Assembly (NCBI RefSeq): GCF_004010195.1
Contig: NC_057752.1
Coordinates: forward strand, 10,010,512 to 10,073,151
Reading direction: 5' to 3'
DNA from: Chiloscyllium plagiosum
Taxonomy: Eukaryota
Length of the DNA stretch: 62,640 bases
The notes below the pieces were generated by a model, which was not told the DNA's origin, did no database searches, and was given only the letters and a program-made list of their open reading frames with translations. The position numbers were made by a program, and so were the translations under genes. This document shows, in pieces, positions 12,969-23,070 of the stretch. The first letter of the stretch is position 1; every line of letters begins with the position of its first letter.

Positions 12969-14993
12969 ATAGTCCTTTTCATTGCATCATAGTAGATCTA
13001 AAATCACATGTCCTCGGGTTATCTCCTCAACATACTGCTCTAGAAATCCATCCCTAACACATTCCAGAAATTCATCCTGTACAGTTTGAGTGCTCAATTC
13101 GTTTACCCAGTCTACATGCAGATTGGAGTCACCCATGATAACAGTGTTGCCCATGCTGCATGCTTCTCTAAGTTCTTGATTAATAACATGTCCCACACTA
13201 GCACTACTGTTTGGTGGCCTGTAAATAACTCCAACCCATTGTGCTGTCCTTTTTTGTTTCTTAGTTCCACCCAACCAGATTCCACAAATTGTTCTTCCAA
13301 TCTGAGATCCTCACTTACAAAAGTACTGTGTCTGTCCCCTATTTTCAGTGCAACTCCACCTCCTTTTCCTTCTTAAGCCTCAAATATCCTTTGGTAATTC
13401 AGTTCCCAGTCCTGGTCACTGTGCAGCCATATTTGTTTCATGGCAATTAGATCATTCCCATGTATCTCTATACATGCCTTTAACTAGTCTACCCTTGCAA
13501 ATGCCACATCGTTCAGGTAGAGTATCCTTAGCTTTGTGTTGACATTATTCTGCTTTCAAAGCATATTTGATGCTCAGCTTAGTTTCTCCTCCTCCCAAGT
13601 ATCTTCTCAACTTCCTGTTACCATCTTTACTTCCTTCCGATTTGTGTTACCCTACTGGTTCCCATCCCCCTGACAATTAATCAGTTTAAATTAATCTCAG
13701 CAAATCTCCCTGCAAAGATATCAGTCCCAGTCCCGTTGCAGTGTGACCTGTCCAGCTTGTACAGGTCCCACCTGCTCAGAACCGGACCCAATTGCTCAGA
13801 ATTCTGATGCCCTTCTTTATCCACCTGTTCCCTGGCCACATATTCAATTGATTAGTCCTTGTATTCACTAGCATGTGGTACTGGGAGTAATCCTGAGATT
13901 CTGTGTTCCTGCTTTTTTAAAATTTCCTTTCTAGCTGCCTGAAATATGCCTTCAGCACCTCATCCCTCTTCCTGCCTTGCTTGTTGGTACCAATGTGGAC
14001 CACGACTTGTGACCGATCCCTCTCCCACCAGAAGAATGTCATGCAGCTGCTCTGTGACATTTTTGACCCTGGCACCAGGGAAGCAACACACCTTTCTGGA
14101 ATCAATACGCTTTCCTGTAGTCCCATCTACTACCACAAAAATACCTGTCTGATCCCCTGACTATGGAATCCCCTCGAAGTATTGCTCTTCTATTATTTTT
14201 CCTCTTCCGCTGTACAGCTGAACCTTCCACAATGTCATGAGATTGATGGCAGACCACTTGGAAAGCAGTGACAGGATTATATTGCATGCTTTGTGCCAGT
14301 GTTAAAGACATCCCCGGGCTGGAGAGGAAGTTGCAGTGGAGGGGAAGGATCTGAGTTTTGTCTTCCAAGTTGGTACCAACAACATTGATAGGACTAAACA
14401 AGTGGTTCTGCTGACAGATTTTGAACAGTTGGGACCGAAACAAAAAAGCTGAATCTCCAAGGTAATAATCTTGGGATTACCACTTGAGTCACAGGCAAAC
14501 TGGTATAGGGTAAAGAATGTGGATCTCAAAGATTGAGGTGGGAGGAATGGGTTTCAGTTTCTGGAAGGGTGGTACCAGTACTGGGGTAGAAAGCTTTTCC
14601 AATGATACAGGTTTCAATGTAGTCATCTGTGGAGAGAAAACAGAGAAAGGTCACTGAACTCGAAACATTAACTAATTTTTCTCTTCACAGCTGCTGCCAG
14701 ACCTGCTGACATTTTCTAGCAATTTCTGATTTTTATTTCAGATTATCAGACCCGCAGTTTCTTGTTTTGTTCACTTTAACCATGCTGGGACCAGTATTCT
14801 GGCAAATTAAATAACTAGGGCTGTAAAGATGGCTTTAAACAAAATAGAGGGAAAGAAGGGTTGGAAGAGGAGAAATGTAGGTTTCCAAAGTTTAGTGATT
14901 GGAACCGAGTGAACGTCATTGACTGAGGTCCTTGCTTGGGGTTGTTAACCTGGGCCAATTAGGAAAATTGTGGCTGACCACTGGAAACAGGAG

Positions 14994-15871
14994 CGGAGGT
15001 ATGTCAGGGTGGACTGAGAGCCAGCAGCGGCATGGGGTGGACTGAGAGCCGGCAGGGGCATGGGGTGGACTGAGAGCTGGCAGGGGCATGGGGTGGACCG
15101 AGAGCCAGCAGGGGCATGGGGCGGACTGCCTTAGAGTGGCCGGAAGGTGGGAGGGATGGGCAACTTGCTGGGGTGGGGGGGTTACCTGTATTCTATGCAC
15201 TGTTTCTCATTTGATTGGACTGTCCTGTATGTATTTGGTACTATTAATTTTGTAATGAATGAAACTGGGATTTGAGGTTGTGGTGTAAAATTCCAAGCAG
15301 TGGAATGTGGTGAAACGGTTAAAAGTTATGTCCCAATACATGTGTGAATCTAACCGGAATGGAGGTGTTGCTTAGTCCCGTGTGAATCTTCTTATCTGTA
15401 TGTAACCAGAATGGAATGTGTTTTTCTGCTGTTCACATGAATGTTTATATCTGGAAAAGAGTATATCAGCCGGAAAAGTCTCCAGTTCGGTGAGTCTGCT
15501 CCGGGGTTACGTTTAACCGCCGAGCGTGGGTTGTTGGCAACCGCTCTACGAGAACTGACGGCTCCCAGTTTTTGTAACATGTAGAGTGAGTATAAGCCAG
15601 ACCCGTTGTGCGACGCTGCGGGGAATAAAATGCCCATATTCTAGCAGTCTCGCCTCTTGGTCGTTTGTTCTGTGTCAGACTACTCTCCTACGAACCTGAC
15701 CTTGAGAATTTTTTAAAACAGAGGTTTGTCCTCATTTCCCTGTAAACTGGTTGAACGGTGGGGTTTGGGGCCTGTCTTTGCTGCTCCTCTCCCTTGTAAA
15801 ATTGCTGTTTCCCTGTATACAGCTGTTAATGTTAACTGTTTGTTTGTAATTTGTGCTGGTTAATAAAAAAA
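14994..15871 (+). mobile_element. Non-autonomous Tx1-related element, unit A (carries a nested solo LTR)
   Basis: Its 5' region is shared with units B and C and includes about four copies of a 28-bp repeat (GGACTGAGAG at 15011, 15039, 15067; variant at 15095). It ends in AATAAAAAAAA followed by ATAAACAGGAG. Confidence 0.7.
15279..15720 (+). mobile_element. Solo LTR (442 bp)
   Basis: It has TG...CA ends and a perfect 5-bp TSD GAGGT (15274-15278, 15721-15725). TATAA lies at about 15591 and AATAAA at about 15624. The empty site GGATTTGAGGTTTGTCCTC is visible in unit B at about 16528. Confidence 0.9.
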
Positions 15872-15882
15872 ATAAACAGGAG

Positions 15883-16705
15883 AGGAGGTGTGTCAGGGCA
15901 GACTGAGAGCTGGAAGGTGGGTAGGCCGTCCTGATTAGATTAGATTACTTACAGTGTGGAAACAGGCCCTTCGGCCCAACAAGTCCACACCGACCCGCCG
16001 AAGCGTAACCCACCCATACCCCTACATTTACCCCTTTACCTAACACTACGGGCAATTTAGCATGGCCAATTCACCTAACCTGCACATCTTTGGACTGTGG
16101 GAGGAAACCGGAGCCCCCGGAGGAAACCCACACAGACACGGGGAGAACGTGCAAACTCCACACAGTCAGTCGCCTGAGTCGGGAATTGAACCCGGGTCTC
16201 AGGCGCTGCGAGGCAGCAGTGCTAACCACTGTGCCACCGTGCCGCCCACTAAGTCCTGAGTTCGATTGTCCAGAGGAAGGAGCGGGATGCGCTGTCCTAG
16301 AGGTGGCTGGAAGGTGTGTCAGGGTGGACTGAGAACTGGAAGGTGCATGGGGTGGACTGAAAGCCAGAAGGGGCGTAGGGGTGGGCTGCCTTAGAGTGGC
16401 CAGAAGGTGGGATGGACAGGTTGCTTGCTGGGTTGCTGGGGGGGCGGGGGTCTGTATTTTATGCACTGCTTTTTATGTAATTGGACCGTCTTATGTATTT
16501 GTTACTATTTTGTGATGATGGAAAGAGGGATTTGAGGTTTGTCCTCATTTCCCTGAAAACTGGTTGAACGGTGGGATTTGGGGCCTGGCTTTCCTGCTCC
16601 TCTCCCTTGTAAATTTGCTGTTTCTCTGGAAACAGCTGTTAATGTTAATTGTGTTGTAAACTGTATTATTTAATAAAATACTGGTTAATAAAATAAAAAG
16701 AATAT
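15883..16705 (+). mobile_element. Non-autonomous Tx1-related element, unit B (carries a nested V-SINE)
   Basis: It is flanked by ATAAACAGGAG at 15872-15882 and 16706-16716. The 5' end is nearly identical to unit C, the 3' part is homologous to unit A, and it has an A-rich tail with AATAAA. Confidence 0.75.
15935..16248 (-). mobile_element. HE1-type V-SINE, full length
   Basis: It has a tRNA head, V core and (TAATC)n tail, with TSD GTCCTGA at 15928-15934 and 16253-16259. Confidence 0.92.
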
Positions 16706-16716
16706 ATAAACAGGAG

Positions 16717-18955
16717 AGGAGGTGTGTCAGGGCAGGCTGAGAGCTGGAGGGTGGGCAGGCTGTCCTGAGCTCCATTGTTCAGAGGAAGGAGCAGGACGGG
16801 CTGTCCTTGAGGTGGCCGGAAGGTGTGTCAGAGCGGGCTGAGTGCCGCAGGCTGCGTCGCAGCAGACGACCTTGTGGCCGGAAGGTGGGAGGGCTGGGTC
16901 ATTTGCTGGGTTGCCGGGGGTGTCTGTGTTATGTGCACTGTTTTATTGTTGGGTTGATCCAACTGTCTTGTATGTGTTTGTGTCTATTGTTTTCACTTCA
17001 GTGAGTTAAGGTTTGTTTGCGTTTCACTGTAAATTGTTACATGGTTGGGTTTGGGGTTTGGCCTTGCAGCTCCTTTCCCCTGGACCTTCCACCTTTGCTG
17101 CCGCCACCTGGACCTTCCACCTTTGCTGCTGCTGCCGTCACCTGGACCTTCCACCTTTGTTACCCTCACCTGGACCTTCCACCTTTGCTACCCTCACCTG
17201 GACCTTCCACCTTTGTTACCCTCACCTGGACCTTCCACCTTTGCTACCCTCACCTGGACCTTCCGCCATTGCTGCCCTCACCTGGACCTTCCACCTTTGC
17301 TGACCTCACCTGGACCTTCCACCTTTGCTACCTTCACCTGGACCTTCCACCTTTGCTACCCTCACCTGGACCTTCCACCTTTGCTGCTGCTGCCCTCACC
17401 TGGACCTTCCATCTTTACTGCTGCTGCCATCACGTGGACCTGCTCCCACTCTCAGCAGGGAGAAGGGGGAGGCAGCAGAGGGCGACCGCCCAGAGGAGGG
17501 TTCGGCTGGGTTTGTCTTCAATGAGGTTTTAGTCTTCCTTGTGCCCCCAACCAAGATTCCCCTTCTCTCATTCGAGGAACTCCGGGACTTTATTGCGAAT
17601 ACCTGTGATCGCTATAATAGGATATCGTTGGTTCTCGACTGCTGGCAAGTGTTTTGGCTGGTCTTCTCGTTCACACGTCCTGCTGTCCATACACCCAGTC
17701 TGGCCCAGAGTGACCGGCAGCAGTTCAGAACGTTACTCTCTGCATGCAGAGGGAGAGCGAGGGATCTTTATGCCTCTTCCCCTGTCCTCCCAGTAAGTCT
17801 TTTCACAGTTTCTCTGCTCATGGTTGCACACTGAAGACTACCATAGGTAGCCTCAACATCAACGGCAGCAGGGAGTGTCAATCCAGATTCCTGACCTTGG
17901 GCCTTCAGAACGGGAAGTATGCAGTGTGCTTCCTGCAAGAAACCCATACCACCCAGGAAGAAGAAGCCTGACTCCATCGCCTTCGCTTTTGGAGCGTCTA
18001 GCATCGACAGCTTGTGTGTTTTGTGGGCGTACGCCTCCTGCATTCTAGCAGCCTCCATGCCGCAGGTGTTGTGCAATGGCCATCACCTGGTGTGGGCGGA
18101 ACTCCTTCCCCCCGTTCGGGACCTGGCTGGGATCCGCGTACTGGCACTTCAACAACCTGCTGCTCGAGGACGAGCGGTTCCGGGACTCGTTTTGTCAGTT
18201 CTGGGCCGGCTGGAGAAGGAAGCGGGGGGGGCATCCCCCCCCTTAAGATGGGACATGGGCAACACTCACGTCTGTGTCTTCTGTCAGGAGCACGTGGCGG
18301 GGTCAACAAAGAGGCGGAAATCCAGGATCAAGGAATTGGAGAAGAAGATGTTTGATCTGGAGTCATGTCTCAGTCAGCCCGATGTGGGCCCGGCTGGTGG
18401 GGCTGTGTGTTGTGGGAGGGGGTGGCGGTGGTGGTGTCGTGATGATGGTGATGGTGGTGGTGTATGATGAGAAGAAGGCCTCGCTCTGAGACCTGCAGCT
18501 CGTTGAGTCCTGGGGCATGTACATGGGGTCACGGATCTGGCTCCTCCAAGACCTGGATCGCAGCTTCCCATTCTGCTCACTGACACCCATCAGCAGCTCC
18601 TGGCCGACAATGGGTCCCTTGTCTTGGACCTGGACACCATCAGGGCCCAGATTCACATCTATTGCACAGCTTTGCTCTCTCCAGATCTGTCCAGCGAGGA
18701 TGCTTTTAGAGTTTTGTGGGAGCTCAACCTGGAGAATGCTGGAAGGCTCAACACTCCCGTCATGTTTGAGGAACTGACTGGCACCCTCGACCGGCTCTCG
18801 CGAGGCACGTCCCTGTGGCTGGATGGGCTGACTGTAGAGTTCTTCAGGGCATTCAGGGATGTCCTGAGGGGCGACTATGCGAAGGTCTTTACGTCTGGAG
18901 AGCCGCCCCTTTTTTGGTGGAATATTAATAAAGTTATTTACAACTGGGAAAAAAA
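16717..18955 (+). mobile_element. Tx1-clade (L1 group) non-LTR retrotransposon, 5'-intact and internally deleted, unit C
   Basis: ORF2 remnants are TIGSLNINGSR and FLQETH (APE), GSAYWHFNNLLLEDERF, WDMGNTHVCVFCQEH..IKELEKKMFDLES and LDGLTVEFF, all closely resembling Xenopus Tx1 ORF2 as recalled. The 3' end is GGTGGAATATTAATAAAG...GGGAAAAAAA. Confidence 0.85.
17079..17440 (+). repeat. 28-bp minisatellite (CCTGGACCTTCCACCTTTGCTACCCTCA), roughly a dozen copies, inside the Tx1 element
   Basis: The unit recurs at 17169, 17197 and onwards. Some units carry GCT expansions. Confidence 0.95.
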
Positions 18956-20244
18956 TATAACCAGAATCCCCTCAGTTAAGGGACTGACTCCAAGCTGGCT
19001 GGCCACAGCCAGTGTACTGTGCATAAGTAAATAAAGGGTGACCTGGTGATGGGATACCAGCCTCTGCAGTTATTTCACAAAGCAAAAGCATATGGCAGCA
19101 TTCCAGGAAAAATTCAGAAAAGTATATTCAGGACAGTTTAACAGAAGAATATGTTGTGGATCCAAGCAGGAATCAGGCCATTTTAGCTCTGGTAATGTGT
19201 GATGAGGCAGATTTAATAAATGACCTCAGAGTAAAAGATTCCCAAGCAAACAGTGACCACAAAGAGGTGGGATTTAGTGTTTAATTTGAGAGTGAGAAAA
19301 TTAAGTCAGTAACAGCTGTACTAAAGGTATGGTAATTCCTTCCAAGGGAAGGTGGGCAGAGATGGCTAAAGTAAACTGGGAAAGAAGTTGAGCAGGAATG
19401 ATAGTTGAGGAACAATGGCAGATGTTTGCAAAATAGTTCATGACTGACAGTGAAGATATATCCCAGTGAAAAAAGAAGATTCTAGAAAGGGAACAATGGT
19501 TTGCTAGAGAAGTTAGGGATAGTATCAAATTGAAAGAAAAAGAAACATACAATATGGCAAAGGTTAGTGGTATACCAGAGGTTTAGGAGAGTTTTTGAAC
19601 CTAACAAAAGATGGCAAAAAAATAGAAATGGTCAGTAACAGCTCCCTTAAATATATAGAAAGGAAAGATGAGACCAAAATGAACATGGGCCTCTTAGAGA
19701 ATGAGGCTGGGGAAAATAATAATTGGAAACCAGAAAATGGCAGAAAAATTGAATAGATACTTTGCATCCGTCTTCATAGTACAAGATGCTAATAATATTT
19801 TCAAAAATATCAAACAATCCAAGGGCAAAAGGAGAAGAGGAAATAACTACAGTAACTATCACTGGAGCAAAAGTAATAATGAAACTAATGATGCTAAAGG
19901 CTGATATGTTCCTTGGACCTGATTGGGTGCATTCTAGGATATGAAGGGGAGTAGTAACTTTAGACAGCGGATGCACTGGTAGTAATCTTCCAGGAATCCT
20001 TAGATTCTAGAAAACTCCCAGAAGCTTGAAAATTGCCAGTGTAACACCCTTGTTCAAAATGGGAAGAAGACAAAACAAAACTGGCAAAGATAGGCAAGCT
20101 AGCAAAACGTCTGTCATTGGGAAAATGTTTGAGTCTATTATGAAGGATGTAATTGTAGAACATTTAGAAGCACATAATTTAATCAAGCAGAATCAGCATG
20201 GCTTATGAAATGGAAATCATGCTTGAAAGTTTTATTCGAATTCG

Positions 20245-20735
20245 TTTGGTCCATCAAGTCTGTACTGACCCTCCAAAGAGCACCTTACCTAAACCCCGAC
20301 CCTATCCAAAAACCCTGCATTTATCATGGCCAGTCCACCTAACCTGCACATCTTTGGACTGTGGGGTGAAAGGAGAAAGTGAGGGCTGCAGATGCTGGAG
20401 ATCAGAGCTGAAAATGTGTTGCTGGAAAAGCGCAGCAGGTCAGGCAGCATCCAAGGAACAGGAGAATCGATGTTTCGGGCATAAGCCCTTCTTCAGGAAG
20501 CCCTGAAGAAGGGCTTATGCCCGAAACGTCGATTCTCCTGTTCCTTGGATGCTGCCTGACCTGCTGTGCTTTTCCAGCAACACATTTTCAACTGTGGGGT
20601 GAAACCAGAGCATCTGGAGAAAACCCATGCAGACACGGGGAGAATGTGCAAACTCCATACAGGCAGTCGCCCAAGGCCAGAATTAAACCCAGGTCTCTGT
20701 TGCTATGAGAAAACAGTGCTAACCACTGTGCCAAG
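20245..20735 (-). mobile_element. V-SINE interrupted by a Penelope hairpin
   Basis: The V-core halves flank the 20372-20590 insertion. Confidence 0.85.
20372..20590. mobile_element. Penelope pLTR-derived fold-back (about 89-bp arms, 4-nt loop)
   Basis: 20409-20497 is inverted relative to 20502-20590. A 14-bp TSD ACTGTGGGGTGAAA lies at 20358-20371 and 20591-20604. Confidence 0.9.
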
Positions 20736-20755
20736 CAGAAATCTATAAACTCCCA

Positions 20756-20826
20756 TTCTCTGACTAGGAAACAAACCCACACTGCAGTGGTAAAAGCGCA
20801 GATCCTAACCACTAGAACACCAGGGT
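20756..20826 (-). pseudogene. Degenerate tRNA-Glu pseudogene
   Basis: The minus strand ACCCTGGTGTTCTAGTGGTTAGGATCTGCGCTTTTACCACTGCAGTGTGGGTTTGTTTCCTAGTCAGAGAA aligns to vertebrate tRNA-Glu (TCCCTGGTGGTCTAGTGGTTAGGATTCGGCGCT.TCACCGCCGCGGCCCGGGTTCGATTCCCGGTCAGGGAA), with CpG decay and a damaged B box and anticodon. Confidence 0.75.
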
Positions 20827-20924
20827 AGGCATTAATTTATTTGGGCTTTTAAAAGACTTTCAATACAGTACTGCACAGAAGGCTACTTAGTAAGATAAGA
20901 GCCCATGGTGTTGGACTAATACAT

Positions 20925-21325
20925 GAATAATACCCTGCAAGGACTGCAACAAACATTACATTGGACAGACAGGCAGGCAACATGAGCACCAACTAGCACC
21001 AAAAAAAATGATCAACTTTCATTGGTAACCATACATACAGATGAAGAGGGACTGGGACAATACATCCATCCTGGGACAAGCTAAACAAAGACACGCACGG
21101 CAATTCCGAGAGACCTGGCATTCAAACCAGAACTCAATATGCAAACATATTGATTTGGAACCTCTCAGAAGTGATATCATCTGCCACAGAGCAAGACACA
21201 TAATTAGCAAACGGGACGGAACACCAGCGCTTCATTGGAGGTTCACTGATGATGTTACCTAGTCTGGTGACAGAACGTCTGAAAACAAATCTACCAGCTC
21301 AGCGAGTAAACTTACAACCTGGCGT
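20925..21325 (+). mobile_element. Penelope-like element 3' fragment (GIY-YIG endonuclease + hammerhead-like motif), second family
   Basis: It encodes IPCKDCNKHYIGQTGRQ and RQFRETWHS..SICKHIDL. A motif TTCA-CTGATGA-TGTTACC..GGTGACA-GAACGTC-TGAA lies at 21242-21283. Confidence 0.8.
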
Positions 21326-21479
21326 TCATAATGTTTACAAGTATGGAAATGAACAGTCTCTTACTTAAGTTGGTTTGCAATTAGTTTCCTTCTCTCGACC
21401 TGTAACTCTATCAACATTTCCCCAATATGAATAAAGCTAAAGGCCAAAGTATAGGACGCTATGAGTTCCAGGAGAGAAG

Positions 21480-22260
21480 ATAAGGGAGTTGGGACATCAT
21501 GTTGAGGTTGTATAGTATGTTGGTGAGGCCACTTTTGGAGTATTGTATACAGTTCTAGTTATCATGCTATAGGAAGGAATTTTTTTCCTTTTTTAATATT
21601 TTATTAAACCGTACACAGTTTACAAACAATTGACATTAACAGCTGTATACAGAGAAACAGCAATTTACAAGGGAGAGGAATGGCAAATCCAAACCCCAAA
21701 CCCTACAGTTCAACCAGTTTTCAGCGAAATGAGGACAAACCTCAAATCCCACTTTCAGTAGGAAGGATATTATTAAATTGGAGAGGGTTCAGAGAAGTTT
21801 TACCAGGGTGTTGCCGGGACTAGAGGGTTTGAGTTATAAGAAGAGGCTGGATAGGCTGGGTTCTTTTTCACTGGAGCATAGGAGGTTAAGGGGTGATCTT
21901 ATGGAGGTTAATGAAATCATGAGGGGCATAGATAAAGTGAATAGCAAAGGTCTTTTCCTGAGGGTGGGGGAGTTCTAAACTAAGGGGCGTACTTTTAAGG
22001 TGAGAGGAGAAAGATTTAGAAAGGACCTGAGGGGTAACTTTTTCTCACTGTGTGGTTCATATGTGAAATAAACTGCCAGAGGAAATGGTAGATACAGTTA
22101 CAGTCACAACATTTAAAAGACATTTGGACAGGTGTATAAATAGGAAAGGTTGAGAGGGATCTGGGCCAAATGAAGTCAAACGTGACTAGTTTGGGAAACT
22201 TGGTCAACATGGACAAGTTGGACCAAAGGGTCTGTTTCCATACTGTATGAGACTGTAATC
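21480..22260 (+). mobile_element. CR1 3' fragment
   Basis: It encodes LVRPLLEYCIQF and ERVQRSFTRVLPGLEGLSY..RLRGDL, followed by a CR1 3' UTR. Confidence 0.85.
21580..21757 (-). mobile_element. 5'-truncated copy of the unit A/B 3' end, inserted in CR1
   Basis: The reverse complement matches GGGATTTGAGGTTTGTCCTCATTT...CTCTCCCTTGTAAATTGCTGTTTC plus an A tail. A TSD TAGGAAGGA lies at 21570-21578 and 21759-21767. Confidence 0.85.
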
Positions 22261-22767
22261 TATTAGCATGAATGAAGGATTGGCTACCTAGTAGAAAAGA
22301 AGAGTTATGATAAGGGGGGCATTTTTAGGGTGGCAACCTGTAGCTATTAGAGTGCCACAGGGACCAGTGTTGGTCCACAATTATTTACAATGTATTTTAA
22401 TATCTTAGCTGAGGGAAGTGAATTTGCTGTTGCCATGTTTGCAAATGACACAAAAATTGATGGGAAGACAATTGTTGAGGATGACACAACGAGTCTACAG
22501 AGGGATGTAGACAGGTTAAACCAGTCGGCAAAACCTTGGCAGAGAGAATATAATGTGGAAAAATGTGAGGTTATGCACTTTGACAGAAAGGAGATTTGAT
22601 TATTATTGAAATGGGCAAAGGCTTCAGCATAGATGGATTTGGGGCTCCTTGTGCAATAATTGACAAAAGCTAACATTCAGTTTCATTGGGTAATAGAGAA
22701 GGCATGTGGACTGTTGGCCTTTATATCAAAAGGAATAGACTATAAAATATGGTGGTCTTGCTTCCTT

Positions 22768-23070
22768 AGGGTAACACGGTGGCTGTGTCTAGCATTCTGT
22801 CAGGGACCCGGGTTTGATTCTAGTCTCAGGCGATTGTGTGGGTTTCCTCCAGGTGCTGTGGTCACCTCCCACAGTCCAAAGATGTGCAGGTCAGGTGAAT
22901 TGGCTATGCTAAATGCCTATAGTGTTCGGGGATGTATCGGATAGGTGCATTAGTCAGGGGGAATGTAGAGTAATAGGGTAGGGGAATGGGTATGGGTGGG
23001 ATACTCTTCGGAGGGTCGATGTGAACTTGTTGGGCCAAATGACCTGTTTCAACACTGTCGGGATTCTATG
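22768..23070 (+). mobile_element. V-SINE (diverged)
   Basis: It contains the V core GGGTTTCCTCCAGGTGCT..CCCACAGTCCAAAGATGTGCAGG and a CR1-like tail. Confidence 0.8.

Larger units (their letters stand above)
330..14230 (-). mobile_element. Old CR1 LINE (minus), split into pieces at about 330-775, 1322-1500, 9330-9637 and 12970-14230 by nested insertions
   Basis: Minus-strand translations give VIIFQNSIDSG..P.NWK.ANV (about 450-520), the APE motifs GVIYRPPNS and VIMGDSNL (ORF 12987-13274), and the ORF1 esterase motifs VVHIGTN (ORF 13917-14126) and GDSIVRG. The sequence before 9637 continues after 12970. Confidence 0.7.
14891..19077 (+). mobile_element. Gypsy-family solo LTR (halves 14891-14993 and about 18957-19077) split by about 4 kb of Tx1-related insertions
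   Basis: A 5-bp TSD CAAAG lies at 14886-14890 and 19078-19082. Both halves align by eye with the reverse complement of the Gypsy LTR at 48779-49284 (GGGG.TGTTAACCTG..CCAAT.AGG and GTAAATAAAGGGT.AC.TGGTGA..GGATACC.GCCT). Confidence 0.8.

Noticed and set aside
17013..17532. Three overlapping Pro/Leu-rich ORFs; also considered as a CRISPR-like array
   Set aside because: They are products of a stop-free 28-bp tandem repeat with no unique spacers, in eukaryotic DNA.
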